Source of the DNA: an uncultured Candidatus Saccharibacteria bacterium
GTDB taxonomy: Bacteria > Patescibacteriota > Minisyncoccia > Phycocordibacterales > Phycocordibacteraceae
Assembly (NCBI GenBank): GCA_964607655.1
Contig: CAZSKX010000004.1
Location: 1-56,488, forward strand
DNA: 56,488 bases
Direction: 5' to 3'
Under the pieces are notes generated by a model that made no database searches, had not been told where the DNA came from, and saw nothing but the letters and a program-made list of their open reading frames with translations. The first letter of the stretch is position 1. The number at the start of each line of letters is the position of its first letter. The translations under genes and the position numbers were made by a program. Of this stretch, positions 46,665-54,570 are shown one piece after another.

Positions 46665-47468
46665 CTACTTTTTCGAGGGAACGCCCTGCCAGGATAGCTC
46701 GAAGATCATAGTCATCATGTCGTGGATCACCTGGTCCTCAATGATGGTGGCGGCAAACTGGGGTTCGCTAAAGTTGATAATCGAGACCTTATTCCCGCCA
46801 TAGATCGTTAGATCACTCTTATAGGGAAATTTGTCGCGAGAGACGTGGCGGAGTACAGGCCAGATCTTCTGGGGGAAGTCCTTATATATAGACTCGTTGT
46901 AGTTGATATCGAGCTCCTCATCAGGGAGAACTGCACGGGTGGTGATCCCGACCTTCGCCTTACGTTTTATGTATCTCTCGCGGAATTCGGGGGTGAGAAA
47001 GCGCATCAGGTCGCTCGTGTTGCTAAACGCGAGCATTTCATAGGGCGTATCACTCGCCACGTGGTCCTCATAGACTTTAAGTACGCCTTCCTCTCCTTCG
47101 AAGAAGCGCACGATCGGCTTATTCTCGGCGCCAGCAAAGAGGCCCTCGAGCGTCGGAAGGATGGTCTCGAGGCTCTCTACCCCACGCTTCGCGAGCGTTA
47201 CGCGCGAAGCCGCGTACCGCTCAAGGTTCTTCGGGTTCTCGACCTGGTAGAAGAACTTCTTGCGCTTCTCGAGCTCGGTCACGAGGCCCTTAATCGTGAG
47301 GCCTTCGAGCACCTTATATACCGTAGTGCGGTTAAGCCGGGTAATTTCAGAGAGTTTTGAGGGAAACGCACCGCCCGAGGCGAGGAGGGCGACGTAGACC
47401 TGGGCCTCTTTATCAGAGAGGCCAGCGCCCCGGACCTTGTCGACGAGCTTGGTATCGAGTTCGAGCAT
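46665..47468 (-). CDS. TrmB-family transcriptional regulator (paralog 2)
   Basis: GLSDKEAQVYVALLASGGAFPSKLSEITRLNRTTVYKVLEGLTIKGLV. Confidence 0.8.
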   Translation of the reverse strand: MLELDTKLVDKVRGAGLSDKEAQVYVALLASGGAFPSKLSEITRLNRTTVYKVLEGLTIKGLVTELEKRKKFFYQVENPKNLERYAASRVTLAKRGVESLETILPTLEGLFAGAENKPIVRFFEGEEGVLKVYEDHVASDTPYEMLAFSNTSDLMRFLTPEFRERYIKRKAKVGITTRAVLPDEELDINYNESIYKDFPQKIWPVLRHVSRDKFPYKSDLTIYGGNKVSIINFSEPQFAATIIEDQVIHDMMTMIFELSWQGVPSKK

Positions 47469-47674
47469 GCTTATAGCCTAGCTTCTATGGCCATTTCTGT
47501 CAATCCGTACGCACAAAACAGAGCAATAAGTCATAATATCGCTTAAAATAATGCCGTTATAGTCATACAAATTTGCTGTACGCGCACAAAAGTTGTGTAT
47601 TGATCTATGCTTACCGCAGACAGTTTGTTCCTTGTAAATCCTGACCGCAAGGCAGGCGAAGGAAGGAGGTTCTT

Positions 47675-48052
47675 ATGGCATTTGCAGAGATATTCGCAAG
47701 CCGGGCCGAGGCGTTCTGTCGACTGGGCTGCTATTGCTGGGAGTGTCACCAAAACATTCTTGGCCACGAGCCTTGCAGGGAGGGTGTCGAGGAGTTTTGG
47801 CGCCTCATGGAGTTTTTCGCGCAGGAAGGCGTCCTCGACGACTTCCTGGCCGAGATCCATGAGTTTCACCAGCGCTGGCTTGTTAGCCTCGACGGGCGGG
47901 AACCGGGGGACTACCCCGATTCCTGGTGGCACAGCATGTGTCGCTATGCCAATGAGCGGCACATGACGGACCGACATCCAGATTGTCGGTACGCCTTTTG
48001 GTTGGCGCATTTCGCCATCCACCGCACCTTCGGGAGCGTGTATCTGGCGTAG
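47675..48052 (+). CDS. Hypothetical Cys/His/Trp-rich protein, 125 aa
   Basis: Strong SD GGAAGGAGG 5 nt before the ATG and an intrinsic terminator directly downstream. The overlapping antisense ORF 47543-48022 has neither. Confidence 0.6.
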   Translation: MAFAEIFASRAEAFCRLGCYCWECHQNILGHEPCREGVEEFWRLMEFFAQEGVLDDFLAEIHEFHQRWLVSLDGREPGDYPDSWWHSMCRYANERHMTDRHPDCRYAFWLAHFAIHRTFGSVYLA

Positions 48053-48058
48053 CCAGAC

Positions 48059-48093
48059 GAGTCGAGTGCCTAGGAAACACTCGACTCCTTTTC
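48059..48093 (+). terminator. Intrinsic terminator
   Basis: GAGTCGAGTG-CCTAGGAAA-CACTCGACTC followed by CTTTTC. Confidence 0.7.
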
Positions 48094-48154
48094 AGAGCGC
48101 CTGAAGCAGTTCGAACGCTCTGAATTGGAAAAGTTCTTTTCAAAAGTATAGCCG

Positions 48155-48370
48155 GATAGTGTGCAGCTATCTGGGCTGGTGAGGCCATCACCCCACGCAA
48201 GGGATGACTTCAGTGACGTTCGCGGATGGTCCGGAACGTTATGGGTAGCCCTGAGGGGTCCCCTAAGTGGACGTGTGCACACCAGCGGTGCGCACACCAA
48301 TCCACGGATCTCATCGGGCGCGATGAGTATCCACTGCACAAGCGCGTCGAATGGTTCGGCGCGCTTTTTT
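48155..48370 (+). ncRNA. Candidate structured small RNA of unknown family
   Basis: Promoter-like TTGGAA-16 nt-TATAGC (48125-48152), five consecutive stable hairpins and a strong terminator GCGCGTCGAA-TGG-TTCGGCGCGC-TTTTTT (48342-48370). No credible ORF is present. Confidence 0.45.
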
Positions 48371-48390
48371 ATTCGATCTTCACGGACGCT

Positions 48391-48894
48391 TTACGAAACG
48401 GCCTCTCCGTCCATCTGCGCTCTTAATGCTAGGGCGCGCTGCATGATGTGGTCGCCGATCTCACCCCAATCAAAGTACTCCTTGTAATCCTCTGGGTTAA
48501 TCAATTCAATTTTTGTTACTTCTCCATCCGGATCGCTCTCAAAAGGACCGTCGGGCTCGACGATGCAAATTGAGCGAGTTTGGGAGACCACGCCCTTTGG
48601 ACCGATGATGTCCTGGCAGCCGATCAAGTGCTGTTTGAGCACGTGCATATTCGTTTCTTCTTTTACTTCACGCTCCACTGCTGCTTGCACGTCCTCACCT
48701 TCTTCTACGCTCCCGCCGGGTGGCGTCCAGCCCTTCTTCTCCGAATACACCAATACGAGCTTATCTCCACAGAAGCAGTAAGCATGGACTCCCTGTATTT
48801 TCTTGTCTCTCAAGTCAACCTCGCCGCCGATGTCGATATACACAACCTCGAGTGCCTCGCCTGACGGATTAGTCAGAGTGGATTTAATTTCCAT
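48391..48894 (-). CDS. NUDIX hydrolase
   Basis: Nudix box GGSVEEGEDVQAAVREVKEETN-like (GGSVEEGEDVQAAVEREVKEETN). Confidence 0.85.
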   Translation of the reverse strand: MEIKSTLTNPSGEALEVVYIDIGGEVDLRDKKIQGVHAYCFCGDKLVLVYSEKKGWTPPGGSVEEGEDVQAAVEREVKEETNMHVLKQHLIGCQDIIGPKGVVSQTRSICIVEPDGPFESDPDGEVTKIELINPEDYKEYFDWGEIGDHIMQRALALRAQMDGEAVS

Positions 48895-48919
48895 TAGCGA
48901 AGTATAGCGTAGACAGCGC

Positions 48920-48951
48920 AAATCCCCGCTCGGCGCATGCCGGGCGGGGAT
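48920..48951. repeat. Repeat plus hairpin AAATCCCCGCTCGGCGCATGCCGGGCGGGGAT (element copy B)
   Basis: Arms ATCCCCGC/GCGGGGAT form a hairpin. It lies between the clpP stop and the NUDIX start, about 25 nt upstream of the NUDIX ATG. Confidence 0.6.
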
Positions 48952-48970
48952 GTGGTCGAGAAGCCGTTAA

Positions 48971-49567
48971 TTAGTTAAATACTTTGTCGACGATGCCGTA
49001 TTTCTTTGCTTCGTCAGCACTGAGGAAGAAGTCGCGCTCGACATCCTTCTCGATCTTCGCGAGCGGTTGGCCGGTGTTCTTGGCCATGATTTTATTCAAA
49101 CGTTCGCGCAGCTTCAGGATCTGCTTAGCAGTGATCTCGATGTCGGTCGCCTGTCCTTGCGCACCGCCATGGGGCTGGTGGATCATCACTTCCGCGTTCG
49201 GGAGGGCGTAGCGCTTCCCCTTCTCCCCCGCCGACAGGATCACCGCTGCGGCCGAGGCGGCCATGCCGACGCAGACCGTCGATACGCTGGGCTTCACGTG
49301 ATTCATCGTGTCGACGATCGCGAGGCCGGCAGTGACGACGCCACCGGGTGAGTTGATATAGAGCGAGATGTCGCGCTTTGGGTCCTCGGCTTCGAGGAAG
49401 AGGAGCTGAGCGATCACCAGATTTGCTACGTCATCATCGATCGGCCCGCCAAGGAAGACGACGCGCTCTTTAAGAAGACGTGAGTAAATATCATACGCGC
49501 GCTCGCCAAACTGACTCTTCTCGACCACCATCGGTACCAACATAGACGATGAAATTTTATTGCTCAT
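48971..49567 (-). CDS. clpP: ATP-dependent Clp protease proteolytic subunit
   Basis: [11 protein letters not shown], the catalytic-Ser context GMAASAA, and IHQP. Confidence 0.93.
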   Translation of the reverse strand: MSNKISSSMLVPMVVEKSQFGERAYDIYSRLLKERVVFLGGPIDDDVANLVIAQLLFLEAEDPKRDISLYINSPGGVVTAGLAIVDTMNHVKPSVSTVCVGMAASAAAVILSAGEKGKRYALPNAEVMIHQPHGGAQGQATDIEITAKQILKLRERLNKIMAKNTGQPLAKIEKDVERDFFLSADEAKKYGIVDKVFN

Positions 49568-49584
49568 AGCGTTATCTCGTTACT

Positions 49585-49797
49585 CTAATAACCACCCACC
49601 GTTGCCTGCGTGCCACTAGTATACGCTCCGGTGCGTTTCTCAAAAGCGTAGTACGCTCCCAAGACGACCATCGCCATAATAATAATGATCGAGAGCATCG
49701 CGCCCCAAGACTGCTGCTTTCTCGAAGGAAGCTCGGGAGGTCGCCCGGCGAGCATGGCGGCGACCTCTTCGTGGGCCTTGTCCGATTTAGTCGGCAT
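49585..49797 (-). CDS. Small single-TM hypothetical protein, 70 aa
   Basis: One hydrophobic helix (AMLSIIIIMAMVVLGAYYAF), sandwiched in the same direction between ppa and clpP. Confidence 0.45.
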   Translation of the reverse strand: MPTKSDKAHEEVAAMLAGRPPELPSRKQQSWGAMLSIIIIMAMVVLGAYYAFEKRTGAYTSGTQATVGGY

Positions 49798-50311
49798 CGA
49801 GGTACATCTGGCACGCCCTCTGGAAGGCTGCTACGGCAGCATCCTTTCCTTCGTAGCCCTTGATCTCGACGGCAGCGGGCTTGCCCTTAAGATTCTTGTA
49901 GGTCTCGAAGAAGTGCACAAACTCTTTAAGCGTGTGCTTATTTAGATCATTCAGGTCCTGCACGTCGTCCCATCGCTTGTCGTCGACCGGTACAGCAATA
50001 ACCTTGTCGTCAGCGTCACCACCATCAATCATGCGGAGGATCCCAACCGGTCGTGCAGCGACGAGTAAGCCGACATTTAAGGGGTACGTAGTCATCACGA
50101 TCACGTCGAGCGCGTCACCGTCGTCCCAGAGTGTTTGCGGCACGAAGCCGTAATCAAAGGGATATGCTGCTGCTGAGTAGTTGGCGCGATCGAGCTTAAT
50201 AAGGCCGGTCTTCTTATCGATTTCGTATTTATTATGAGAATCTTTTGGGATCTCGATAATGACATTCATTGCTTCGGCTGTTCCCGCCTCGATATCGTGA
50301 AGTAGATTCAT
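49787..50311 (-). CDS. ppa: Inorganic pyrophosphatase (family I)
   Basis: VIIEIPKDSHNKYEID, YPFDYGFVPQT and DGDALDV. Confidence 0.93.
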   Translation of the reverse strand: MNLLHDIEAGTAEAMNVIIEIPKDSHNKYEIDKKTGLIKLDRANYSAAAYPFDYGFVPQTLWDDGDALDVIVMTTYPLNVGLLVAARPVGILRMIDGGDADDKVIAVPVDDKRWDDVQDLNDLNKHTLKEFVHFFETYKNLKGKPAAVEIKGYEGKDAAVAAFQRACQMYLDAD

Positions 50312-50327
50312 AGTGGTTCAGTATATC

Positions 50328-51683
50328 TTACTCGTCGTTTGCGCGGTCGCGATCGCCTTCCTTATCGGCGACTGACTCGTCACTGCCGGGGATTGTGGCG
50401 AGTTCTTCTTCAGCTGGGAGTGTGGTCACTTCCTCGCTGAGGTCAGTGATTACCTCTAAGCTTTCCGTAGGCATCAACCCTGCAGCTTCTGCAGGATCTT
50501 CCTCAGGGAGTGTGATCTCGACTGATTCACCATCGCTCTCGGCGACATCGGTGCCGCCCGTTGAGACGATGTCGATATTCCAGCCAGTGAGCTTGGCGGC
50601 GAGGCGCACGTTCTGGCCGCCGCGGCCGATCGCTCGGCTCTGCTCGTCTTCGCTCACAGTGACGACGGCGCGGTGCTGCTCCTCATCGAGCTCGACTGAG
50701 ATCGGCATGGCCGGAGAGAGCGCTTCCTTCACGAACTCGCGCGCATCCTCGTTCCACTCAATAATGTCGATGCGCTCACCCCCGAGCTCGCTCATCACGG
50801 TCGAGACGCGCACGCCACGCTGGCCCACGAGGGAGCCGACAGGGTCGACGTGAGGGTCGGTCGACACGAGGGCGAGCTTGGTGCGGCTGCCTGGTTCGCG
50901 AGCGATCGCCTTCACCTCGATTGCGCCGGTGGCGAGCTCTGGGGCCTCAAGCTCGAAGAGCTTAACTACAAACTTAGGATGTGCGCGCGAGAGGCGCAGG
51001 TACACACCGCGGAAGCCCTCATCGACGGCGTAGAGGTACGCGCGGATACGCTCGCCCATGCGGTAGCGCTCGCCCGGGATCTGCTCCTCGTATGGGATGA
51101 TGCCGGTCGTGCGGCCGAGGTCGACGAAGATCGCGCCGCGCTCCATGCGCTGCACGATACCGCCGACGATCTCACCCTTCTTCTCACCGAACTCTTCCAT
51201 CATCGAGATCTTCTCGGCTTCGCGCACCTTCTGGATCACGACCTGCTTGGCCGTTTGTGCGGCGATGCGACCGAAGTCGTCCTGTGGCTCGAGCGGGAAG
51301 ACAATCTCCTCCCCTACTTCTGCCCCGCGCTTGATCAGCTTCGCGTTTTCAAGAAGGATGTGCTTTTCCGCGTCAAAGCGTGGAAGCTCGCCCTCGGCGA
51401 GGGTCTCCTCTTCGTGGAAGCCGTGTGGATGCTCCTCAGGAAGCTCTTCCCCGTCATCGGGGAAACGGACAGCGCTCTCGTCTACAACGGTCTTTACCTG
51501 TTCAAATGAAACGGTGCCTGAGTTAAGGTCGAGCTTCGCGCGGATCACCTGTCCGCGCTTACCGTACTCGCGCTTATAGGCAGTGGCCATTGCGCTTTCA
51601 ATTGCATCAATCATCGTCTCACGACTAATGCCTCGAGTTTCAAACTCTCCGAGCACTGCGTGTATGGTTTTAAGGTCAATCAT
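50328..51683 (-). CDS. nusA: Transcription termination/antitermination factor NusA
   Basis: N-terminal domain, S1 domain (GGIVQRMERGAIFVDLG), two KH domains (GQRGVRV, GRGGQNVRLA) and an acidic tail. Confidence 0.93.
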   Translation of the reverse strand: MIDLKTIHAVLGEFETRGISRETMIDAIESAMATAYKREYGKRGQVIRAKLDLNSGTVSFEQVKTVVDESAVRFPDDGEELPEEHPHGFHEEETLAEGELPRFDAEKHILLENAKLIKRGAEVGEEIVFPLEPQDDFGRIAAQTAKQVVIQKVREAEKISMMEEFGEKKGEIVGGIVQRMERGAIFVDLGRTTGIIPYEEQIPGERYRMGERIRAYLYAVDEGFRGVYLRLSRAHPKFVVKLFELEAPELATGAIEVKAIAREPGSRTKLALVSTDPHVDPVGSLVGQRGVRVSTVMSELGGERIDIIEWNEDAREFVKEALSPAMPISVELDEEQHRAVVTVSEDEQSRAIGRGGQNVRLAAKLTGWNIDIVSTGGTDVAESDGESVEITLPEEDPAEAAGLMPTESLEVITDLSEEVTTLPAEEELATIPGSDESVADKEGDRDRANDE

Positions 51684-51773
51684 GGTTATGGGCTATGTAT
51701 GTTCGCACACGTAATAAAACTACTCAAACGAGAACGGTAGTTAACTACAAAGTACCAGATGGAATAGGGGGTG

Positions 51774-52502
51774 TCAAACAGCGCTGTATTCTCTCCAGAA
51801 GATTTCGAAAAGAGAATGTAGTGTCGCAAACGCAGCAGGGTCCTCTATAACAACTACACGGAAGTCGTCAACAAAGGAGACAAAGGCTACTTTATTAGTC
51901 CAAAGAAAAACATGAGATCCAAAAGGTAGCGAGTTGGCGATAATTTTTGTTTGACGCAGAAATTTTGTGTCTTGAGTGGCCCGATTTCGTGCGTAGGGAG
52001 AATCTTCACATATGCTGCGATAGGGTATTTTGCGGGCGATGCGTCTGCGATCAAATTGCTCCCAATGGCCGCCTGTTTGGAAGTTTGGATCGTTTTGATT
52101 AAAAGAAAATATCTCCTTAGCTTCATCAACCATGTGCCGAAATATGTTGCGGAGCCCTTGGGGGCCATCAAAAAACGCTACGGTTGGGGTTTTTGCCTGA
52201 GAGTCATATGCGGCTTTCAGCTCAGGAAGTACGCGCCCGAGAGCGTCGACCTGGGCATCTAGGGCGTCGCGGAGCACTTCAGGGTCAGCTGGCGTATACC
52301 ATTTACGTTTTTTTACGAAGAAAATACGAACATAGCCCTTGATTCGAAGAGATTTCAGAACCTCGTTTACTGTTGATTTAGGAAGCATGGCACGTTCTGC
52401 CAACATCGGTGGAGACGCGCGCCCGAGCATAAGAAGCGTCTTATAAACAGCCGCTTCCTTCTCAGACAAGCCCAGGAGCTGTAATTCTGTGATGAATTTC
52501 AT
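51774..52502 (-). CDS. TrmB-family transcriptional regulator (paralog 3)
   Basis: LQLLGLSEKEAAVYKTLLMLGRASPPMLAERAMLPKSTVNEVLKSLRIKGYV. The ATG at 52502 is preferred over 52571. Confidence 0.78.
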   Translation of the reverse strand: MKFITELQLLGLSEKEAAVYKTLLMLGRASPPMLAERAMLPKSTVNEVLKSLRIKGYVRIFFVKKRKWYTPADPEVLRDALDAQVDALGRVLPELKAAYDSQAKTPTVAFFDGPQGLRNIFRHMVDEAKEIFSFNQNDPNFQTGGHWEQFDRRRIARKIPYRSICEDSPYARNRATQDTKFLRQTKIIANSLPFGSHVFLWTNKVAFVSFVDDFRVVVIEDPAAFATLHSLFEIFWREYSAV

Positions 52503-52537
52503 AAATAGACGATGAAATTGTCCAATTTCTAGTAAGA

Positions 52538-52552
52538 TAATACATTGTATTA
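52538..52552. promoter_or_regulatory. Perfect palindrome TAATACA-T-TGTATTA, candidate operator
   Basis: Lies in the AT-rich divergent region between TrmB-3 and the 310-aa ORF. Confidence 0.35.
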
Positions 52553-52673
52553 TATACATATATTTATGCAAGGGTACATTAATACGCTACTCGATAGTTT
52601 ATTTATACGGTATTGATAAAGTCTCGGTGGATGGAGTACGTTACAACCGAACACGCTGATAAGGAGGAAACAA

Positions 52674-53606
52674 ATGCCCGTAACGCTACATGTCGACCCG
52701 AAACAGAACGGAATGTCCTGGAAGGAGTTCCTTGCTACTAAGCCGCCATTCTCGATAGCGCTCGACGGCTACGTCGAAGACGCTCCGCGTTATCAGACCA
52801 AAGGTCCCTATCTCAACCTGAACCATCACGAGAAAGTCTCTAGGATGGAAACGCGAGCAACCTGTGCTCAGGCGCGAATTCATGTCGAGCAAGGGCTCTT
52901 TACGAGGTTCCAGCAGGACGGCGAACCACATGCCCACGTCTGGGTGAACGACTGCGATCAGGATGTATGTTTTGCCTGGGCGATACTAAACAACCCGAAA
53001 CGATTGCTTGGGCACAGCTTCCCCGAATGTGTCGATGCGGTGGATCGACTCGATACTTGCGGTGGGTTTACGCGGACTTTCTGTCGCAAGAATGAGTTGG
53101 CATGGATCTTCGAACCCTATGACCTATTTCGAACCTCTGGGGAGCTGAGCAAGCGCGATCCAGAGCAGTTTCGGAAAGTCATCAAGGAAGTGGTCGAACG
53201 GGTGGACTCTGTACAGAAGGACGAGGGATCTCCCTGGGTTGGCCACAAGATGCGAGACGCTTATGAAATTATCCGAACGGGTACAGGATGGATTCTAGTG
53301 AAAGAGGAGTCGACAAACGCACGCGGAGTCATGTACCAGGATGGGCATCGGGCTTTCGTGGCGATGACGGAACGTCCCGATGGTGCCTGGCAGTACTCAG
53401 TCGGGCGAGCGTCGCCTCTCGTGCCCTTCCCGGTTCCGCAGATACTCAAAGCGCTTGCGAGGGCCGAGCATGATCCAAAACACACGTGGGGAGGGTCGGA
53501 TTTGATCGGCGGGTGTAACCGAGTGCACGGCAGCACGCTTTGTCCCGAAGAGGTGGCCGGCACTGTGGAGAATACGATAAAGAAATTCCTTAGGAGGTGT
53601 AAGTAG
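52674..53606 (+). CDS. Hypothetical protein, 310 aa (cargo 1)
   Basis: SD AAGGAGG 8 nt upstream and its own terminator. I recognise no family. NHHE, NDCDQD and a late WGGSDLIGG give only a faint DHH/DHHA1 flavour. Confidence 0.6.
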   Translation: MPVTLHVDPKQNGMSWKEFLATKPPFSIALDGYVEDAPRYQTKGPYLNLNHHEKVSRMETRATCAQARIHVEQGLFTRFQQDGEPHAHVWVNDCDQDVCFAWAILNNPKRLLGHSFPECVDAVDRLDTCGGFTRTFCRKNELAWIFEPYDLFRTSGELSKRDPEQFRKVIKEVVERVDSVQKDEGSPWVGHKMRDAYEIIRTGTGWILVKEESTNARGVMYQDGHRAFVAMTERPDGAWQYSVGRASPLVPFPVPQILKALARAEHDPKHTWGGSDLIGGCNRVHGSTLCPEEVAGTVENTIKKFLRRCK

Positions 53607-53616
53607 AGGAACAGCA

Positions 53617-53655
53617 AACCCCGATCGCGCGAAGCGAGTTCGGGGTTCACTTTTT
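53617..53655 (+). terminator. Intrinsic terminator of the 310-aa ORF
   Basis: AACCCCGA...TCGGGGTT followed by CACTTTTT. Confidence 0.7.
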
Positions 53656-53690
53656 GTGCGGGACAGAAGACCTCAAGTGCGCTGGTGACC

Positions 53691-53728
53691 TAAAAATAAG
53701 GGCCGGCACATTGGTTTGTGCCGGCCCT
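53691..53728 (-). terminator. Intrinsic terminator of the 230-aa ORF
   Basis: AGGGCCGGCACA-N6-TGTGCCGGCCCT, followed on the minus strand by TATTTTTA. Confidence 0.7.
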
Positions 53729-53739
53729 AGTTTCATGGG

Positions 53740-54432
53740 TCACCTCCAGAAAATTTGGTCGATCGTCGGTGGAACCACCTTTGCTGCTCCGTATACCAGC
53801 ATGCTTGTCGTAAGCTCGAGCTTCACGTCGCACGCAGGGGCTCCGATGGACCGGATCCACGCGCAGAGCTGAGCGTAGAATTCCTTACCCTCCGTCAGGC
53901 GACTCACTCCCTGTACGGTGTACACGGCGAATCGTTCTTTTCTACCACCGGGCACGTTTTTGATGCGTGCGAGGTAGTAGACGCCGTTCTCGATAAGCAT
54001 CTCCCCGAGACCCCTGGGCATTTCGCTTTCGCGGAACGCCAGGTGGATATCCCAGACCTTGTGGGTCTCGCGCGGCTCTGAGCGCAGACGCTCGAAAGGC
54101 AGCAGGTGAAGCTTGAATGCAGTCTCCGGCTCGATGCGGTTATCAGCCAAGACGCACTCGCTGTGGTAGTAACCTACTGCGCCGGTCTCCCGCAACAGTC
54201 GGTCCACCTCGATCTCCAGTTCGCGAAGTTCAGGGTGATTTCTCACCTTCTTCGAGACGTGGATGTCGATCAATGGGCAAGCTGTGTAGTACCGAGCGGT
54301 TTCCTCGTCAAAGATGAGTCCCCGCTCGGCGAGGCTGTCGTCGGCGAATCCGAGGCTCGCGAGAGCCTCTTTCAGAGTTGGGCCTCCCCCAGCTTCAGTG
54401 GCCACGTGCATGTCGTATCCGAGTTTCTTCAT
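53740..54432 (-). CDS. Hypothetical protein, 230 aa (cargo 2)
   Basis: The ATG at 54432 is preceded by AAGGAGGG. Three recurring D-x-H-hydrophobic strands are present (YDMHVA, IDIHVS, WDIHLA). I recognise no family. Confidence 0.6.
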   Translation of the reverse strand: MKKLGYDMHVATEAGGGPTLKEALASLGFADDSLAERGLIFDEETARYYTACPLIDIHVSKKVRNHPELRELEIEVDRLLRETGAVGYYHSECVLADNRIEPETAFKLHLLPFERLRSEPRETHKVWDIHLAFRESEMPRGLGEMLIENGVYYLARIKNVPGGRKERFAVYTVQGVSRLTEGKEFYAQLCAWIRSIGAPACDVKLELTTSMLVYGAAKVVPPTIDQIFWR

Positions 54433-54512
54433 AGACCCTCCTTTGGTCAGTTGTTGTGGTGAACTAATGGTCTGCTCAGACTTTACACCATACCTTTTTA
54501 ATGTATAGTAAT

Positions 54513-54527
54513 TCACATAACATGTGA
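54513..54527. promoter_or_regulatory. Inverted repeat TCACAT-AAC-ATGTGA, candidate operator
   Basis: Lies in the divergent region between cargo 2 and TrmB-4. Confidence 0.3.
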
Positions 54528-54570
54528 GGAAAAACTTGTATTTTGAGCCCGAGACGGTAATGTTACTCAC

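Noticed and set aside
48155-48370. Identification of the structured region as RNase P RNA, SRP RNA, tmRNA or 6S RNA
   Set aside because: GGATGGTCCGGAAC only superficially resembles the RNase P GGAAAGUCCGG box or the SRP GGUCCGGAAGGAAGCAGC box. There is no tRNA-like 3-prime end for tmRNA. The 5-prime and 3-prime ends are not complementary, as 6S would require. It is left as unknown.
50850-51509. 219-aa plus-strand ORF, with siblings at 50395-50853 and 51097-51579
   Set aside because: All are antisense or out of frame to nusA, whose S1 and KH motifs are unambiguous.
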